Shown: positions 40,433 to 50,893, numbered from the stretch's first letter. The stretch: 64,000 nucleotides of DNA from Gemmatimonadota bacterium (GCA_036679605.1 JAZDCZ010000289.1:32001-96000); one strand, 5' to 3'. Numbers and translations: made by a program. The notes: generated by a model not told the origin, from the sequence alone.

Positions 40433-41488
40433 CTACTGTCGCCAGAGGAACACTGGGCTATTACGGCCGGGCCAGACGGCAATTGAGCTTGTTCCACCGG
40501 GCAGCGTGTTGGTGGCGGTGGTGCGGTCGGTGCGGAGATCAATCTTGAGCAGTCGATTCCCGCTGTCGCCAGTGGTTACAAATGCCCAGAGTCCCTTGCC
40601 GGACAGAGCGAAAACCGAAAACTTGCCGAAATCAGTTAGTCGCATCGTAGTTGTTTGCTGTTCTAGGTCTACGAATTCTAGCTGCTGCCGCAGGGGAAAT
40701 CGGACCAACGCTCTTGGGAGTTGGGCAGATGCCGCGAGTTCAGTTCCTCCGGGTACCAATCTCAGAGAGTCCAGGGGTCGGAGCGTGACGCGGTCCAAGA
40801 AAAGGAGTTGTCCGGATTTTGCACATGTCATGTAGATGATGTTTCCACTCCGGGACGGTGCTAATCCTCCCGGGCCACATGCGGCATCGAGATCCAGGGG
40901 TACGGTTCGGACGAGGCGTCGAAGCAGCAGATCCAGCTCGGCCAATCCGGCATCGCAGCGGACATATGCCCTTTTCACTTGGCTGACGATTGCGATGGCC
41001 AGGGGAGCCGTAGAGCAGACGGAGAGCTTTTCGTACTTGCTCAACGAGGCGGCTGAGAGGAAAAAAACAACGCCCTCGCGCCCGTCGCCTTCGGTGGATC
41101 TGCCCATCATAAGAATCGTGCGTGGATCCACGATATGCATCGATCCAGAGCGCTCCGTTCGAGAGGGCAGTGTTACTTGATCAACTGCTACGCCGTCGAT
41201 CCTTCGAAGACGCAGCACCGAACTAGCCTGCTCTCCCTGGATGCCTGCGAGGAGGCTCAATCCGTCGGAGGCAAAGGCGATGTCAACTATCTGGCCCGAC
41301 GACTCGTCGGATGAGAGGTAAAGGGTGTCGGTTGGGGTAAGATCTCCGTTGAGGAGAACTATGCTTGACCCGCTACTTCCTCCAGCGACCGCAATCCACT
41401 GCGGGGCGGGTGAGCAACTAGCCAGCAGCAATAGGGCGCTGATCCATGCCCTGGATGATGAATCAGCCTGGTGGGCTGTCGTCCTCAT
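40433..41488 (-). CDS. YncE-like beta-propeller lipoprotein
   Basis: Lipobox LASC and repeated blade motifs (IAFASDG, LAPSRSG, ALSGKG). Confidence 0.72.
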   Translation of the reverse strand: MRTTAHQADSSSRAWISALLLLASCSPAPQWIAVAGGSSGSSIVLLNGDLTPTDTLYLSSDESSGQIVDIAFASDGLSLLAGIQGEQASSVLRLRRIDGVAVDQVTLPSRTERSGSMHIVDPRTILMMGRSTEGDGREGVVFFLSAASLSKYEKLSVCSTAPLAIAIVSQVKRAYVRCDAGLAELDLLLRRLVRTVPLDLDAACGPGGLAPSRSGNIIYMTCAKSGQLLFLDRVTLRPLDSLRLVPGGTELAASAQLPRALVRFPLRQQLEFVDLEQQTTTMRLTDFGKFSVFALSGKGLWAFVTTGDSGNRLLKIDLRTDRTTATNTLPGGTSSIAVWPGRNSPVFLWRQ

Positions 41489-42545
41489 CGATGAAGATTA
41501 GTGCCATACGGTTCTGGACGGAGGCTGTCAGGGCGTCCATCACCTTGGGGTCGATGATGGTTCCCGTAAGCACTCGCATCCGTTCCACCGCGGCCTCGGG
41601 ATCTAGCGGTTCTTGGTAGGGTCGCGCCGTTGTCAGCGCATCGTACACTTCCGCAGCGCAGATAATTCTCGCCCCGAGAGGGATGTCTTCTCCCGCTACG
41701 CCGTCGGGGTAGCCACTTCCGTCCCAGTGCTCATGGTGGCTCCTCACATACGATACGATGGCGCCCAAATGCTTAAGGGGTGCAAGAATCTGGGAGCCGA
41801 TGACTACATGCTCTTTGATGTGATTGTACTCCTCGTCGCTCAGTCTGCCTTGTTTGTCGAGTACCGACTCTTTGACTCCGATCTTGCCGAGGTCGTGAAG
41901 TCGACCCGCCATTCGGACATTATCCACTTCTTCGTCCGGTAACTCCATATGGTGTGCGATTGTGGAAACAAGAGCTGCTACGCGTGCGGAGTGACCACTG
42001 AGCCACCTGTTCTTTGCCTCGAGCGCGTTCACGAGCGCCTCCAGAGTCGCGACAGTAACCTGTTCGAGTTTGCTCCTTTCTGCTTCCAGCTCCTTGGTTC
42101 TGCGTTGCACTTCTTCCTTCAACCAAGCCGAGATCTCCTTGTTCTGGAGGCTGGTATCTCGAACCTTGAGAGCCCGGTCGACAGCGTGCGCCAGGTCGCT
42201 CAGCTCGATGGGCTTGGTCAGGTAATCTAGAGCCCCTCTCTGCATACAAAGCGCGGCACTGGTGGCGTCTGTTAGAGCACTTAGCATCACGATCGCCAAA
42301 TCGGGGTCTTGATCGAGGGCCTCCGAAACCAGGTCGATCCCGCTCATTCCGGGCATGCGAATGTCCGAGAGCATGAGTTCGTAGGAATCTTGCTCGAGAA
42401 GCTTCAACGCTTTGTCGCCAGATTCGGCTTCGGTGACGGCAAATCCACGGGTTGTCAGGAAACGAGTCAACGCCTTCCGCAGCGGCTCTTCGTCATCTAC
42501 GACGAGTAGTCGTATCGATTCCTCGGCTTTACTTGGCCCGGTCAC
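41463..42545 (-). CDS. response regulator with HD-GYP phosphodiesterase domain
   Basis: Receiver (LVVDDE, SDIRMPGMSG, KP) plus GHSARV, LHDLGKIG, HHEHWDGSGYPDG. Confidence 0.95.
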   Translation of the reverse strand: MTGPSKAEESIRLLVVDDEEPLRKALTRFLTTRGFAVTEAESGDKALKLLEQDSYELMLSDIRMPGMSGIDLVSEALDQDPDLAIVMLSALTDATSAALCMQRGALDYLTKPIELSDLAHAVDRALKVRDTSLQNKEISAWLKEEVQRRTKELEAERSKLEQVTVATLEALVNALEAKNRWLSGHSARVAALVSTIAHHMELPDEEVDNVRMAGRLHDLGKIGVKESVLDKQGRLSDEEYNHIKEHVVIGSQILAPLKHLGAIVSYVRSHHEHWDGSGYPDGVAGEDIPLGARIICAAEVYDALTTARPYQEPLDPEAAVERMRVLTGTIIDPKVMDALTASVQNRMALIFIDEDDSPPG

Positions 42546-42645
42546 TGAGAGGTTCTCATTAGGGATATCCTGAGTCGGCTACACTTAGCAGATAGAATAA
42601 CCCTCGGGACGCAGTTGGCAACGCGGGGCAGATATCCTCTAGAGT

Positions 42646-43500
42646 TCACGCGATCTCGCCATCGTCCACGAAAGTCGGTTCTACTGTCCGCGGAATGATT
42701 CCGGCAGCAGCTGCTCTATCCAGCAATTCGGCTACGGCTCGTCGCCCGTTGTTTCCGTAATCAACCGTGTAGCTATTCACGTACATTCCCACGAACTCAT
42801 CGGCCTTTGCGGCGTCCAGGCCTCGTGCGTACTGCATCGCATGTTGCAGAGCCTCTTTCCGGTGCTGCAATCCATATACGATACTGGCTCGCAAATCACG
42901 CGAAACCTGTTTGATAAGGTCTTCACCGAGATCCTTCCGAATCACATTGCCGCCCAAGGGGAGTGGAAGGCCTGTCTGCGAGAACCACCATTCCCCCATA
43001 TCGACCCAGAGGTGTAGGCCCATGTCCCCATAGGTGAGTTGACCCTCGTGGATTAGCAAGCCGGCGTCCACGTCGCCGTTGGACACGGCCGACTCAATGA
43101 CGTCGAATGGCATCACTACCGCTTCGTGCTTGGGCTGAAAGAGACGCAATGCAAGGGCCGCGGTTGTGAGAGTTCCTGGTATGGCGACCCGCATCCCTCG
43201 GACTGCGGAGCACACATCGGCGGGTGGTGGACTGAGGGCCACTAGTCGAGGACCGTAACGGTCACCCATTGATGAGCCATGAGGGAGCAGCGAGTAACTG
43301 TCCGCTAGATATGCGTAGGCGTGAATCGACACAGCTGTCACATCCAACTCGCTCTTGAGAGCCCGTTGGTTCAGCGTCTCTATGTCTGCCAGCTCGTGTT
43401 CGTACACCCGGTCCCCGGTTTGGATCTTATCAGTTGCCAGAGCGTAGAACATGAATGCATCGTCCGAGTCGGGACTATGCGCGAGAGTAATCTTCGGCAT
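42646..43500 (-). CDS. mqnD: 1,4-dihydroxy-6-naphthoate synthase (futalosine menaquinone pathway)
   Basis: LAHSPDSDDAFMFYAL, DIETLN, LLIHEGQLTY, TGLPLPLGGN, MYVN. Confidence 0.9.
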   Translation of the reverse strand: MPKITLAHSPDSDDAFMFYALATDKIQTGDRVYEHELADIETLNQRALKSELDVTAVSIHAYAYLADSYSLLPHGSSMGDRYGPRLVALSPPPADVCSAVRGMRVAIPGTLTTAALALRLFQPKHEAVVMPFDVIESAVSNGDVDAGLLIHEGQLTYGDMGLHLWVDMGEWWFSQTGLPLPLGGNVIRKDLGEDLIKQVSRDLRASIVYGLQHRKEALQHAMQYARGLDAAKADEFVGMYVNSYTVDYGNNGRRAVAELLDRAAAAGIIPRTVEPTFVDDGEIA

Positions 43501-44267
43501 CAGGCGTCTCCACCGGTGAAACTTCTTGCCCTCTCGTAGAACGAGTCGATGGTAGATCGGTGTGCCTGGTACTCTGGTCGTTGGACCGCGATTTCTCGCT
43601 GGTAATTATTGAGAAACCGCCTGTAGGCCGATAACACTGCTGCGGAGTCCCCTCTTATCTCCGCCACGGTGTGGCGCAGCGTAATTGCAAGCAAATGATC
43701 TGGCACCTCCGTCTCGATGGAATCGGCATGGGCCAGAGCACCGGTCTCGTTGCCAGTGACCGCGTTGATGAGTCCTACATCGTAGTGCGCGTCGTTGTCC
43801 AGATCACCGAGGTTCGCGTATGCTTGCAGCCCCATGGGTGTGAAGAAATTCACCTCAGCGGTATCACCGCGTTCGACGGAGGCCAATATTCTGTCGAACA
43901 GACGGTCGGCTTGCTGGCGCGGAGTCATGCTGCTGATGTCGGTTGCTGGCCGGTTCGCGAGGCCGGGGGGAGGGGCACCGGTTTGCTGGGGCGACTGCCC
44001 CGAACTGGGTAATCGGACGGCAAGTACGATGATCAGCACGACTACCGCTGCTCCGGCGACGGCCCATGGTAACGCCGATGTGGTTCCGCCTTTCTTGGGT
44101 CTGGTCTCGGTTGGCGAACCACACGCGTGGCAGAACCGAGCACCTGGGGAGATGGGTGAACCGCAGGACGAGCAAGTCGCGGCCGCAAGCGTGGCGCCAC
44201 AGCCGCTGCAGAATCTTCCTGTTGCGGTTTGTCCACAACTAGGGCATTTAGTAGTTGCATGGTTCAT
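43500..44267 (-). CDS. double zinc-ribbon membrane protein
   Basis: CPSCG..FCSGCG..CSSCG..FCHACG, one TM and a helical C-terminus. Confidence 0.85.
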   Translation of the reverse strand: MNHATTKCPSCGQTATGRFCSGCGATLAAATCSSCGSPISPGARFCHACGSPTETRPKKGGTTSALPWAVAGAAVVVLIIVLAVRLPSSGQSPQQTGAPPPGLANRPATDISSMTPRQQADRLFDRILASVERGDTAEVNFFTPMGLQAYANLGDLDNDAHYDVGLINAVTGNETGALAHADSIETEVPDHLLAITLRHTVAEIRGDSAAVLSAYRRFLNNYQREIAVQRPEYQAHRSTIDSFYERARSFTGGDA

Positions 44268-44341
44268 GAGTTGATCACGTGTCTAGAAATTGGTGCCTGC
44301 GTAACGTCACTAATATAGACGGATGGCCCGGGAGCGCGCCT

Positions 44342-46594
44342 TTGACAACAAACAAGTTGTGGATTCTCTGCCTGATTCTCACGGTGCCTGGAGGACTCGC
44401 GGCCCAGGGCACTAGGACTGTCCGGGGTCGAGTCCTGTCGTCTGTCGATAGCACGGGTCTCTCTGGAGTACGCGTCAAGGTTGTAGGATCTGCATCCGCT
44501 GCTGTTAGCAATGCTGTGGGCGAGTTTGCATTGACGGCACTGCCACGCCAAGCGCTGCGCGTCGCGTTCGAACGAATTGGCCTCATTGCCGATACCGTTG
44601 GCCTGTCGGCCGATCAAACCACATTGACCGTTTATCTCGGGTTATCGGCGATTGCGCTCAAGGCGGTCCAGGGTGCCCCAACTCCGGTGGCTCGCGAGCG
44701 TTTCGAGTCGGTCGCCCAGACCAGTACCGTAACCCTAAGTCCCAAAGAGATTACCAACACTCCGACTCTCGCCGAGCCCGATATTGCCCGGGTGGTTCAA
44801 CTCCTGCCCGGGACGGTTGCCAAGAATGACTTCAACGTCGGATTCAACGTTCGGGGAGGAGAAGCGGATCAGAATCTTGTACTGCTCGACGGAGTTCAGA
44901 TTTTCAATCCGAGCCATCTTGGAGGCATCTTCAGCACGTTTGACAACGCAGCGGTCGATCACGTGGACTTTCTGACCGGTGCATTTCCCTCTCGATTCGG
45001 CGGTCGCTTGAGCAGCGTGATGGACGTCGAGCTTCGCGACGGGAACCCGAGTTCTACAGATGTGCATGGCAATTTGTCTGCTCTGTCTGCCAAACTTCTC
45101 GTGGAGGGACCTATTGGAGGTTCCGGTGCGTCCTACTTGATCGGCGCCCGGAGGACTTATGCAGATCTCGTCGTAGCACCGTTTCGCGAGGACGGATTCC
45201 CCTACTACTTCGGTGACATCGTTGGCAAAGCCACCTTCCCGCTGGCGGGCGGCGGTACGGTGGCTGTCACCGGGTATGTTGGGCGCGACGTTCTAGACCT
45301 GCCCTTTCTCGATGCGGAGCCGGGTCGCGAAGGAATTGATCTAGAGTTCGACTGGGGGAACCGATTGCTTGGTATCAATTTTCGCCAGCCCCTCGGCGAC
45401 GTCGTGCTCGAGCAACACTTCAGTGCCAGTGGATTCACAACCTCTCTCGGCCTTGAGCCCGATGTGCGCCGGCTCGAAAACTCGAGCCGCGTCCTGACTG
45501 CCAGGACGAGCCTTGAGTTTTCATTAGGTGCAACGAATGAGGTTCGAGTAGGAGGAGGCGTCGAGGACTACAGCATGAGCCTGACGGTGGACAGCAAGTC
45601 ACTCGACATAAACGACCTTGCGCTCGACTTTGATCCCACGGTTTTGTCGGCTTTCATAGATGATCAGTGGCGTCCATTTTCTTGGATGCTGTTGCGTCCT
45701 GGGGTCCGAGTCGAGCGGATCGGCGGTGGAGCTAGCTTCACCGGAGTCTCGCCCAGGGCAAGCATGAAGGTGTTCGTCACTAAGGATTTCGCGCTTACGG
45801 GGTCAGCGGGCAGGTTCTATCAGCCGATCCACTCAATACGCGATCAAGAACTGCCGGTGACTCTGTTCGACTTTTGGATAGGTGCTGACAAGAATACCCC
45901 CGTGGCTCGCTCCGACCAGTTCGTACTCGGACTCGAGAAGTGGATAGGCGAGGAGGTTTCCATGTCAGTGGAAGGCTACACAAAAACCTTCGACAATTTA
46001 GTGTTTCAGAATCCAGCCGACGACCCCAAGGTAAGAGGGGACGAATTCAGGCCGGCTACGGGCGACGCCCGCGGCATCGACGTGTTGATTAGGAAGTATT
46101 CGGGCGACGTAACTGGATGGATTTCGTACAGCATCGCGAAAACCACGCGCCGGTCAGAGGGGCAAGAGTTTCCCCCGGCGCACGATCGCAGGCACACCCT
46201 GAATGTAGTGCTACAGACCAAAGGGCCATTGGGAAGCCAAATGGGTGCACGTTGGGGCTATGGCTCGCCCATACCCTTCACCGGGATAGTGGGCCAGTGG
46301 CTCCACCGCCAGTACAGCGCCCGACTCAACACGTTCAACAGGATCGACGACGAAGCCATCAGCACAACCATTAACGCGCGGCGGTTTCCGTTCTATTCTC
46401 GTCTGGACCTAAGCTTCCGGTGGGAAGTAGAAAAGTGGGGTGCGACTTGGCACCCGTACCTGCAAGTGGTCAACGCCTTTAATCGCACTAACGTATGGGT
46501 TTATACCTTCGACTTTGATCGAGCCCCACCTACCAGATCAGGTTTCTCTCAGTTACCGATCCTTCCGACCATTGGAGTGGACTTCGAATGGTGA
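44342..46594 (+). CDS. TonB-dependent receptor
   Basis: N-terminal carboxypeptidase-like domain, QLLPG..NVRGGEADQNLVLLDG plug, FGGRLSSV, HDRRH, C-terminal Trp. Start placed at TTG 44342 (track 44279). Confidence 0.92.
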   Translation: MTTNKLWILCLILTVPGGLAAQGTRTVRGRVLSSVDSTGLSGVRVKVVGSASAAVSNAVGEFALTALPRQALRVAFERIGLIADTVGLSADQTTLTVYLGLSAIALKAVQGAPTPVARERFESVAQTSTVTLSPKEITNTPTLAEPDIARVVQLLPGTVAKNDFNVGFNVRGGEADQNLVLLDGVQIFNPSHLGGIFSTFDNAAVDHVDFLTGAFPSRFGGRLSSVMDVELRDGNPSSTDVHGNLSALSAKLLVEGPIGGSGASYLIGARRTYADLVVAPFREDGFPYYFGDIVGKATFPLAGGGTVAVTGYVGRDVLDLPFLDAEPGREGIDLEFDWGNRLLGINFRQPLGDVVLEQHFSASGFTTSLGLEPDVRRLENSSRVLTARTSLEFSLGATNEVRVGGGVEDYSMSLTVDSKSLDINDLALDFDPTVLSAFIDDQWRPFSWMLLRPGVRVERIGGGASFTGVSPRASMKVFVTKDFALTGSAGRFYQPIHSIRDQELPVTLFDFWIGADKNTPVARSDQFVLGLEKWIGEEVSMSVEGYTKTFDNLVFQNPADDPKVRGDEFRPATGDARGIDVLIRKYSGDVTGWISYSIAKTTRRSEGQEFPPAHDRRHTLNVVLQTKGPLGSQMGARWGYGSPIPFTGIVGQWLHRQYSARLNTFNRIDDEAISTTINARRFPFYSRLDLSFRWEVEKWGATWHPYLQVVNAFNRTNVWVYTFDFDRAPPTRSGFSQLPILPTIGVDFEW

Positions 46595-46794
46595 CCGGAG
46601 GAACTGCCAGACATTTTCTGGTGGTTGGGTGCAGCGTGTTGATCTCTGGTTGTGACCTCAAAGAGGTAGTCGTTCCCGTCGGCGAGCCAACGGTGGTGGT
46701 GCAAGCGGTGATGCGTCCGGATCTCGGAGGACGGTACCTCCTTGGAAACGGCAGTGACACGTCTACCGCGATCCCAAGTCACGAGTTACTCTAG
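46588..46794 (+). pseudogene. probably truncated TBDR-partner lipoprotein
   Basis: Lipobox ISGC and VVVPVGEPTVVVQAVMRPD, then a stop at 68 aa. Overlaps the TBDR stop. Confidence 0.45.
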
Positions 46795-46797
46795 CCT

Positions 46798-47103
46798 ATG
46801 ACTGAGGACAGCGACCGTAGGATCGCACAGAGCCGCTTCGAGCCTTCCCTTGCCGAAATCAAAGCTCGTCAGATGGGTGAACTGACCCGCGGCCAGAGCC
46901 ACTGGGACGTGTTGCTCGAGGTCGCAAGGGACAGCGCACTAGGAGCTATCCGCGGCCGGATCCACTTCATTTCGGGCAATATCCACCGACTGTCGGGTTG
47001 GATTTTTCTGGAATGGTCCGACAAGGACGTCCAGGCCCGGTTCTCGGCGTTTTCTGCGCAGGATCTATGGAATCTTCTCGATTCGCTCGGGGTAGGTACA
47101 TAA
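46798..47103 (+). CDS. hypothetical protein
   Basis: 101 aa with protein-like composition, co-oriented with upstream genes. Confidence 0.65.
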   Translation: MTEDSDRRIAQSRFEPSLAEIKARQMGELTRGQSHWDVLLEVARDSALGAIRGRIHFISGNIHRLSGWIFLEWSDKDVQARFSAFSAQDLWNLLDSLGVGT

Positions 47104-47218
47104 TCGGGTTTCCACCTCAAATGTTGCATCAGTGACACATTTTCCAAACAAATCATACATCAATTATCTATTCTATCGTGGTATGTTCACGAATTGGTGT
47201 GAAAATTGCACGAACTAC

Positions 47219-47246
47219 TTGACATAACCAGTCAGGTGTCGATAAC
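47219..47246 (+). promoter_or_regulatory. putative sigma70 promoter of glnA
   Basis: TTGACA (47219-47224), 16 nt, GATAAC. Preceded by an AT-rich tract with the inverted repeat TTCAC-N8-GTGAA. Confidence 0.4.
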
Positions 47247-47274
47247 CTCAGTAAACACTAGCTCGGAGCCTAAA

Positions 47275-48681
47275 TTGTCACACCACAAATCTCTCACTGT
47301 ACCCGGCCCCGACAAAAAGTCGGCTGTTCGCGGCAAGGTCATAGATACCAAGGGAGCAAGCGGCAGCGATATCGTGAAGCTGGCCCACGAACTCGAGGTG
47401 GACTTTCTCCGACTGCAGTTCAGCGACGTCACGGGTATCAACAAGAATGTGGAGGTGCCGGAAAGTCAGTTCGAGAAGGCGGTTGAAGGTGATGTGATGT
47501 TCGATGGGTCCTCTATCGAGGGCTTCGCCCGCATTGAAGAGAGCGACATGGTCCTGAAGCCCGACCTCGACACGTTCAAGGTCTTCCCCTACGATGACGA
47601 GGGTGGGCGGGTTGCGAGGTTGATCTGTGATATCTATGTACCCGACGGTACGCCGTTCGCTGGTTGTCCCCGCCTGACCCTAAAACGTCAGATAGCTCAT
47701 GCCAAGAAGATGGGGTTTCAGATGACGGCGGGTTGCGAAGCGGAGTTCTTCATCTTCCATCTAGGTGAACACGGAGAAGCATCGCTCGACACGCACGATT
47801 CGGGTGGGTATTTCGACTTGGCCCCAGTTGATAAGGCCGAGCCCATTCGTCGATTGATCATCCAGGATCTAGAGCATTTGGGTTTCGAAGTGGAAGCAGG
47901 TCACCACGAGGTGGCTGGTGGACAACACGAAGTGGACTTCAGGTATGCCGACGCTCTAACCACGGCGGACAACCTCGCAACATTTCGCTTCATCGTGCGT
48001 ACGCTGGCGTATCGTCACGGGTTCATGGCTACCTTCATGCCCAAGCCCATTGAGGGAAACAATGGCTCGGGCATGCATACCCATCAGTCTCTACTTCTAG
48101 AGAATGGAATGAACGCCTTCTACGATCCGAAGGCCAAATGGGAAATCTCCGATACGGGGTTGGCTTACATAGCAGGATTGCTGAAACACGCCTGCGGTTT
48201 CGTGGCCGTCACCAATCCGTTGGTCAACAGCTACAAACGGCTCGTGCCGGGTTTCGAGGCTCCTACGAACGTCGCATGGAGTATGCGCAATCGATCCCCA
48301 CTGATTCGGATTCCCGACCGTCGCGGCCAAGGTACGAGGTGTGAGTTGCGGATGCCGGATCCCTCGGCCAATCCCTATCTTGCGCTGGCGGTCCAGTTGG
48401 CTGCGGGGCTTGACGGAGTATCGAACAAATGGTCCCCGCCGGATCCAGTCAATAAGAACATCTTCACGATGAGCCATCGCGAGAGGCGCAAGTATCGCAT
48501 AGATGAACTGCCAAGGGATCTGCACGAAGCGTTAGATCAGCTTGAGAAAGACCAGGTCATCCGCGATGCTCTAGGCAGTCACATCTTTGAGCGGTTTATG
48601 GAGGCCAAGCGCCAGGAGTGGCGTGAATACTCTGCTATGGTGAGCGACTGGGAGGTGGGAAAGTACCTAGGCAGCTACTGA
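47275..48681 (+). CDS. glnA: type I glutamine synthetase
   Basis: FDGSSIEGF, HHEVAGGQHE, TFMPKP, NGSGMHTHQSL, NSYKRLVPGFEAP, ELRMPDPSANPYL. Start placed at TTG 47275 after GGAG (track 47206). Confidence 0.97.
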   Translation: MSHHKSLTVPGPDKKSAVRGKVIDTKGASGSDIVKLAHELEVDFLRLQFSDVTGINKNVEVPESQFEKAVEGDVMFDGSSIEGFARIEESDMVLKPDLDTFKVFPYDDEGGRVARLICDIYVPDGTPFAGCPRLTLKRQIAHAKKMGFQMTAGCEAEFFIFHLGEHGEASLDTHDSGGYFDLAPVDKAEPIRRLIIQDLEHLGFEVEAGHHEVAGGQHEVDFRYADALTTADNLATFRFIVRTLAYRHGFMATFMPKPIEGNNGSGMHTHQSLLLENGMNAFYDPKAKWEISDTGLAYIAGLLKHACGFVAVTNPLVNSYKRLVPGFEAPTNVAWSMRNRSPLIRIPDRRGQGTRCELRMPDPSANPYLALAVQLAAGLDGVSNKWSPPDPVNKNIFTMSHRERRKYRIDELPRDLHEALDQLEKDQVIRDALGSHIFERFMEAKRQEWREYSAMVSDWEVGKYLGSY

Positions 48682-48723
48682 GCCGATAACTAACTAGATT
48701 CCCTTTTCAGGATCGTACGATCT

Positions 48724-48762
48724 GTCCCGGTGCCGCCATGCGGTATCGGGACGTTCTGTTTA
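48724..48762 (+). terminator. intrinsic terminator after glnA
   Basis: GTCCCGGTGCCGC-CAT-GCGGTATCGGGAC stem followed by GTTCTGTTT. Confidence 0.7.
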
Positions 48763-48781
48763 GGTTTTAGCTCGGTTTTTC

Positions 48782-50350
48782 ATGAAGCTACTGATTTCTC
48801 TGTGTGTTCTGCTTACGGTTTCGCGGTTGTTGCCGGCACAGGTCGTCTCGCGCGATCTGAGTTCTGTTATAGACAGCATCGAGATAGTCAATCAGAATGT
48901 TTTTAGCGAAACGGAAGCTAGCTCGAGCTTCTTGTTTCGCGTGGCGAACTCCATCCGAGTGAGTACCCGTACAGGCGTGGTGCGTCGCGAGTTGCTCTTC
49001 AAGGTGGGTGAGTCGTACGACTCTGCAACCGCAGCAGAGACCGAGAGGAATCTCCGCAGACTAGGGATATTCCGCGATGTTACCATCGATACCGTTCGGG
49101 TTGATGGGCGCCTGACGGCAGTCGTGAGAACCGCGGACGGTTGGACGACAGACTTGCAACTGAACGCCCGTTCCACGGGCGGCGAGTTTTCCTGGGCCGC
49201 AGGTCTGCTCGAGCGAAATTTTCTGGGAAGTGCCACGAGCCTAGGGGCAAGTTACCGTAACGAGCCCGACCGGACCGCGGTGGCGGTGATATTCGCCGCT
49301 GACAGAACATTCGGGTCCAGAATAGCTGTCCAGGGACTCTACGATGACCTTAGTGATGGCAGGCGCGGCTTCTGGTCGATGGGTCTTCCTTTCAGAGCAT
49401 TTACCGACAGGAGATCCTTCAATTTTACCGGTGCGGCAAGCAAGGAGCGGATACTCCAGTTCAGGGACGGCAACTTGTTTGCGACGTTTCGGCGCCGGAT
49501 GTTCCGACAGCGCGGTCAGGTCGCGATCGCTCCGATTGCAACGAGTGCCGGATACGTTCGCGTCGGCGTAGCAGGCCAGATCAAGCGTGAAGAATACCTG
49601 CCGGAAGCAGCCATAGGTTCGCTCGTGCCGGATACGGTAACGGGTGCATTGGGGGTCTTCGCCGACCTGCGGAAAGCTCGATTCAGGGTCGTAACTCATT
49701 ACAACGGATTCGCACGGGAAGTGGACATAGACTTGAGTACAAGGGTTTCCCTGACTTCGTGGTTTGCGCCCAGCGCGTTTGGCTATGAGAAAACTGGTGT
49801 CGGAGGTGGCATCGCGGTGCGTACGGGTGGATCACTCGGTCGGAGTTTTGGATGGGTCCAGGTTAGAGCCAATGGATTGTTTACGTCTTCATCCGGTCTT
49901 GATTCAGGTCGCGTTTCGGTGAGTGTAACCGGTGTCTCACAGATTCTCTCGAAAAGTGCATCGGTCTTTCATCTGGAGGCGGGTTCGCTACGGCGCACGG
50001 CTCCGGGAACCGAATTCGATCTGGGCCATGGGTTCGGGCCGAGGGCGTTTGGTGTCCACGCTTTCACCGGGACCAGGACGGTGTGGGGATCGCTCGAACA
50101 CCGTGCGTTCCTGGCCGACGAGGTTTTCGGTTTGCTGGGGCTTGGGGTTGCGGGCTTTGTGGACTATGGAGGAGCCTGGTTTGCAAATCAGGGCGCGCGG
50201 GTTGGTGGTGACGTAGGTGGTGGCATTCGCTTCGGTTCGACGAGGGCAACCGGCCCGAATATCGGTCGGATCGATATTGCGTATCGTTTCGGCGACGGTA
50301 TAGGGTCGAGTCGCTGGATTGTCCTGTTCGGGCGCGGCTTCTTTTTCTGA
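48782..50350 (+). CDS. Omp85/BamA-TamA-like outer-membrane protein with POTRA domain
   Basis: Signal peptide, TRTGVVRRELLFKVGE..ETERNLRRLGIF (POTRA), ERNFLG, FVDYGGAW, DVGGGIRF, C-terminal Phe. Confidence 0.88.
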   Translation: MKLLISLCVLLTVSRLLPAQVVSRDLSSVIDSIEIVNQNVFSETEASSSFLFRVANSIRVSTRTGVVRRELLFKVGESYDSATAAETERNLRRLGIFRDVTIDTVRVDGRLTAVVRTADGWTTDLQLNARSTGGEFSWAAGLLERNFLGSATSLGASYRNEPDRTAVAVIFAADRTFGSRIAVQGLYDDLSDGRRGFWSMGLPFRAFTDRRSFNFTGAASKERILQFRDGNLFATFRRRMFRQRGQVAIAPIATSAGYVRVGVAGQIKREEYLPEAAIGSLVPDTVTGALGVFADLRKARFRVVTHYNGFAREVDIDLSTRVSLTSWFAPSAFGYEKTGVGGGIAVRTGGSLGRSFGWVQVRANGLFTSSSGLDSGRVSVSVTGVSQILSKSASVFHLEAGSLRRTAPGTEFDLGHGFGPRAFGVHAFTGTRTVWGSLEHRAFLADEVFGLLGLGVAGFVDYGGAWFANQGARVGGDVGGGIRFGSTRATGPNIGRIDIAYRFGDGIGSSRWIVLFGRGFFF

Positions 50351-50893
50351 GGCGTCGACCTCGGCACTCTCTGGCTGCCTGCTGCCCACTTCTTGTCTGA
50401 CGGACGACCAATATGCCCTGGCTAGCTGTTCGACAAGAGGCTTAACCCGCTCGCGCAGTGTAGTCAATTTGTCTGACGGTATCGCGCCGAGCAGTTTTCT
50501 CGACGACCAAGTCGGCGTGTAGACCATCTTGGTGGAATCCCGCATCAACAGTGTTAGCTGTCGCACTTCCAGCGAGGCTGTGTAGAAGTACTGCCTACTG
50601 GAGAGTCGGAGCAGCTGTAGCACGAGATGCACGGCCGGATTGCCGATGGTTTGCTGCCACTCCGGTTGGGTCAAGATCGTGATATTATTGCGACTCAGGA
50701 TCGATGCTATGTCTGCCCGCAGTGAGTCGGGGGACAACCCCTCAATAGTGCGCGGAACGCCGGTTACCTCGATATAGAATCCAGGAATAACCGCAAGGCT
50801 CTCGAATTCGAGTCGGCTGCGACCCGACTGAGCCCATCCGGTTGATGACACTGAAAGAGCTGTAGCAACCAGCAATAAAGTGCGCGACCACAT
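49988..50893 (-). CDS. hypothetical secreted protein (frame runs antisense into the Omp85 gene)
   Basis: Signal peptide from ATG 50893 and ~170 aa of globular-looking sequence. The first in-frame stop is at 49988. Confidence 0.6.
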   Translation of the reverse strand: MWSRTLLLVATALSVSSTGWAQSGRSRLEFESLAVIPGFYIEVTGVPRTIEGLSPDSLRADIASILSRNNITILTQPEWQQTIGNPAVHLVLQLLRLSSRQYFYTASLEVRQLTLLMRDSTKMVYTPTWSSRKLLGAIPSDKLTTLRERVKPLVEQLARAYWSSVRQEVGSRQPESAEVDASEKEAAPEQDNPATRPYTVAETIRNIDPTDIRAGCPRRTEANATTYVTTNPRALICKPGSSIVHKARNPKPQQTENLVGQERTVFERSPHRPGPGESVDTKRPRPEPMAQIEFGSRSRAP

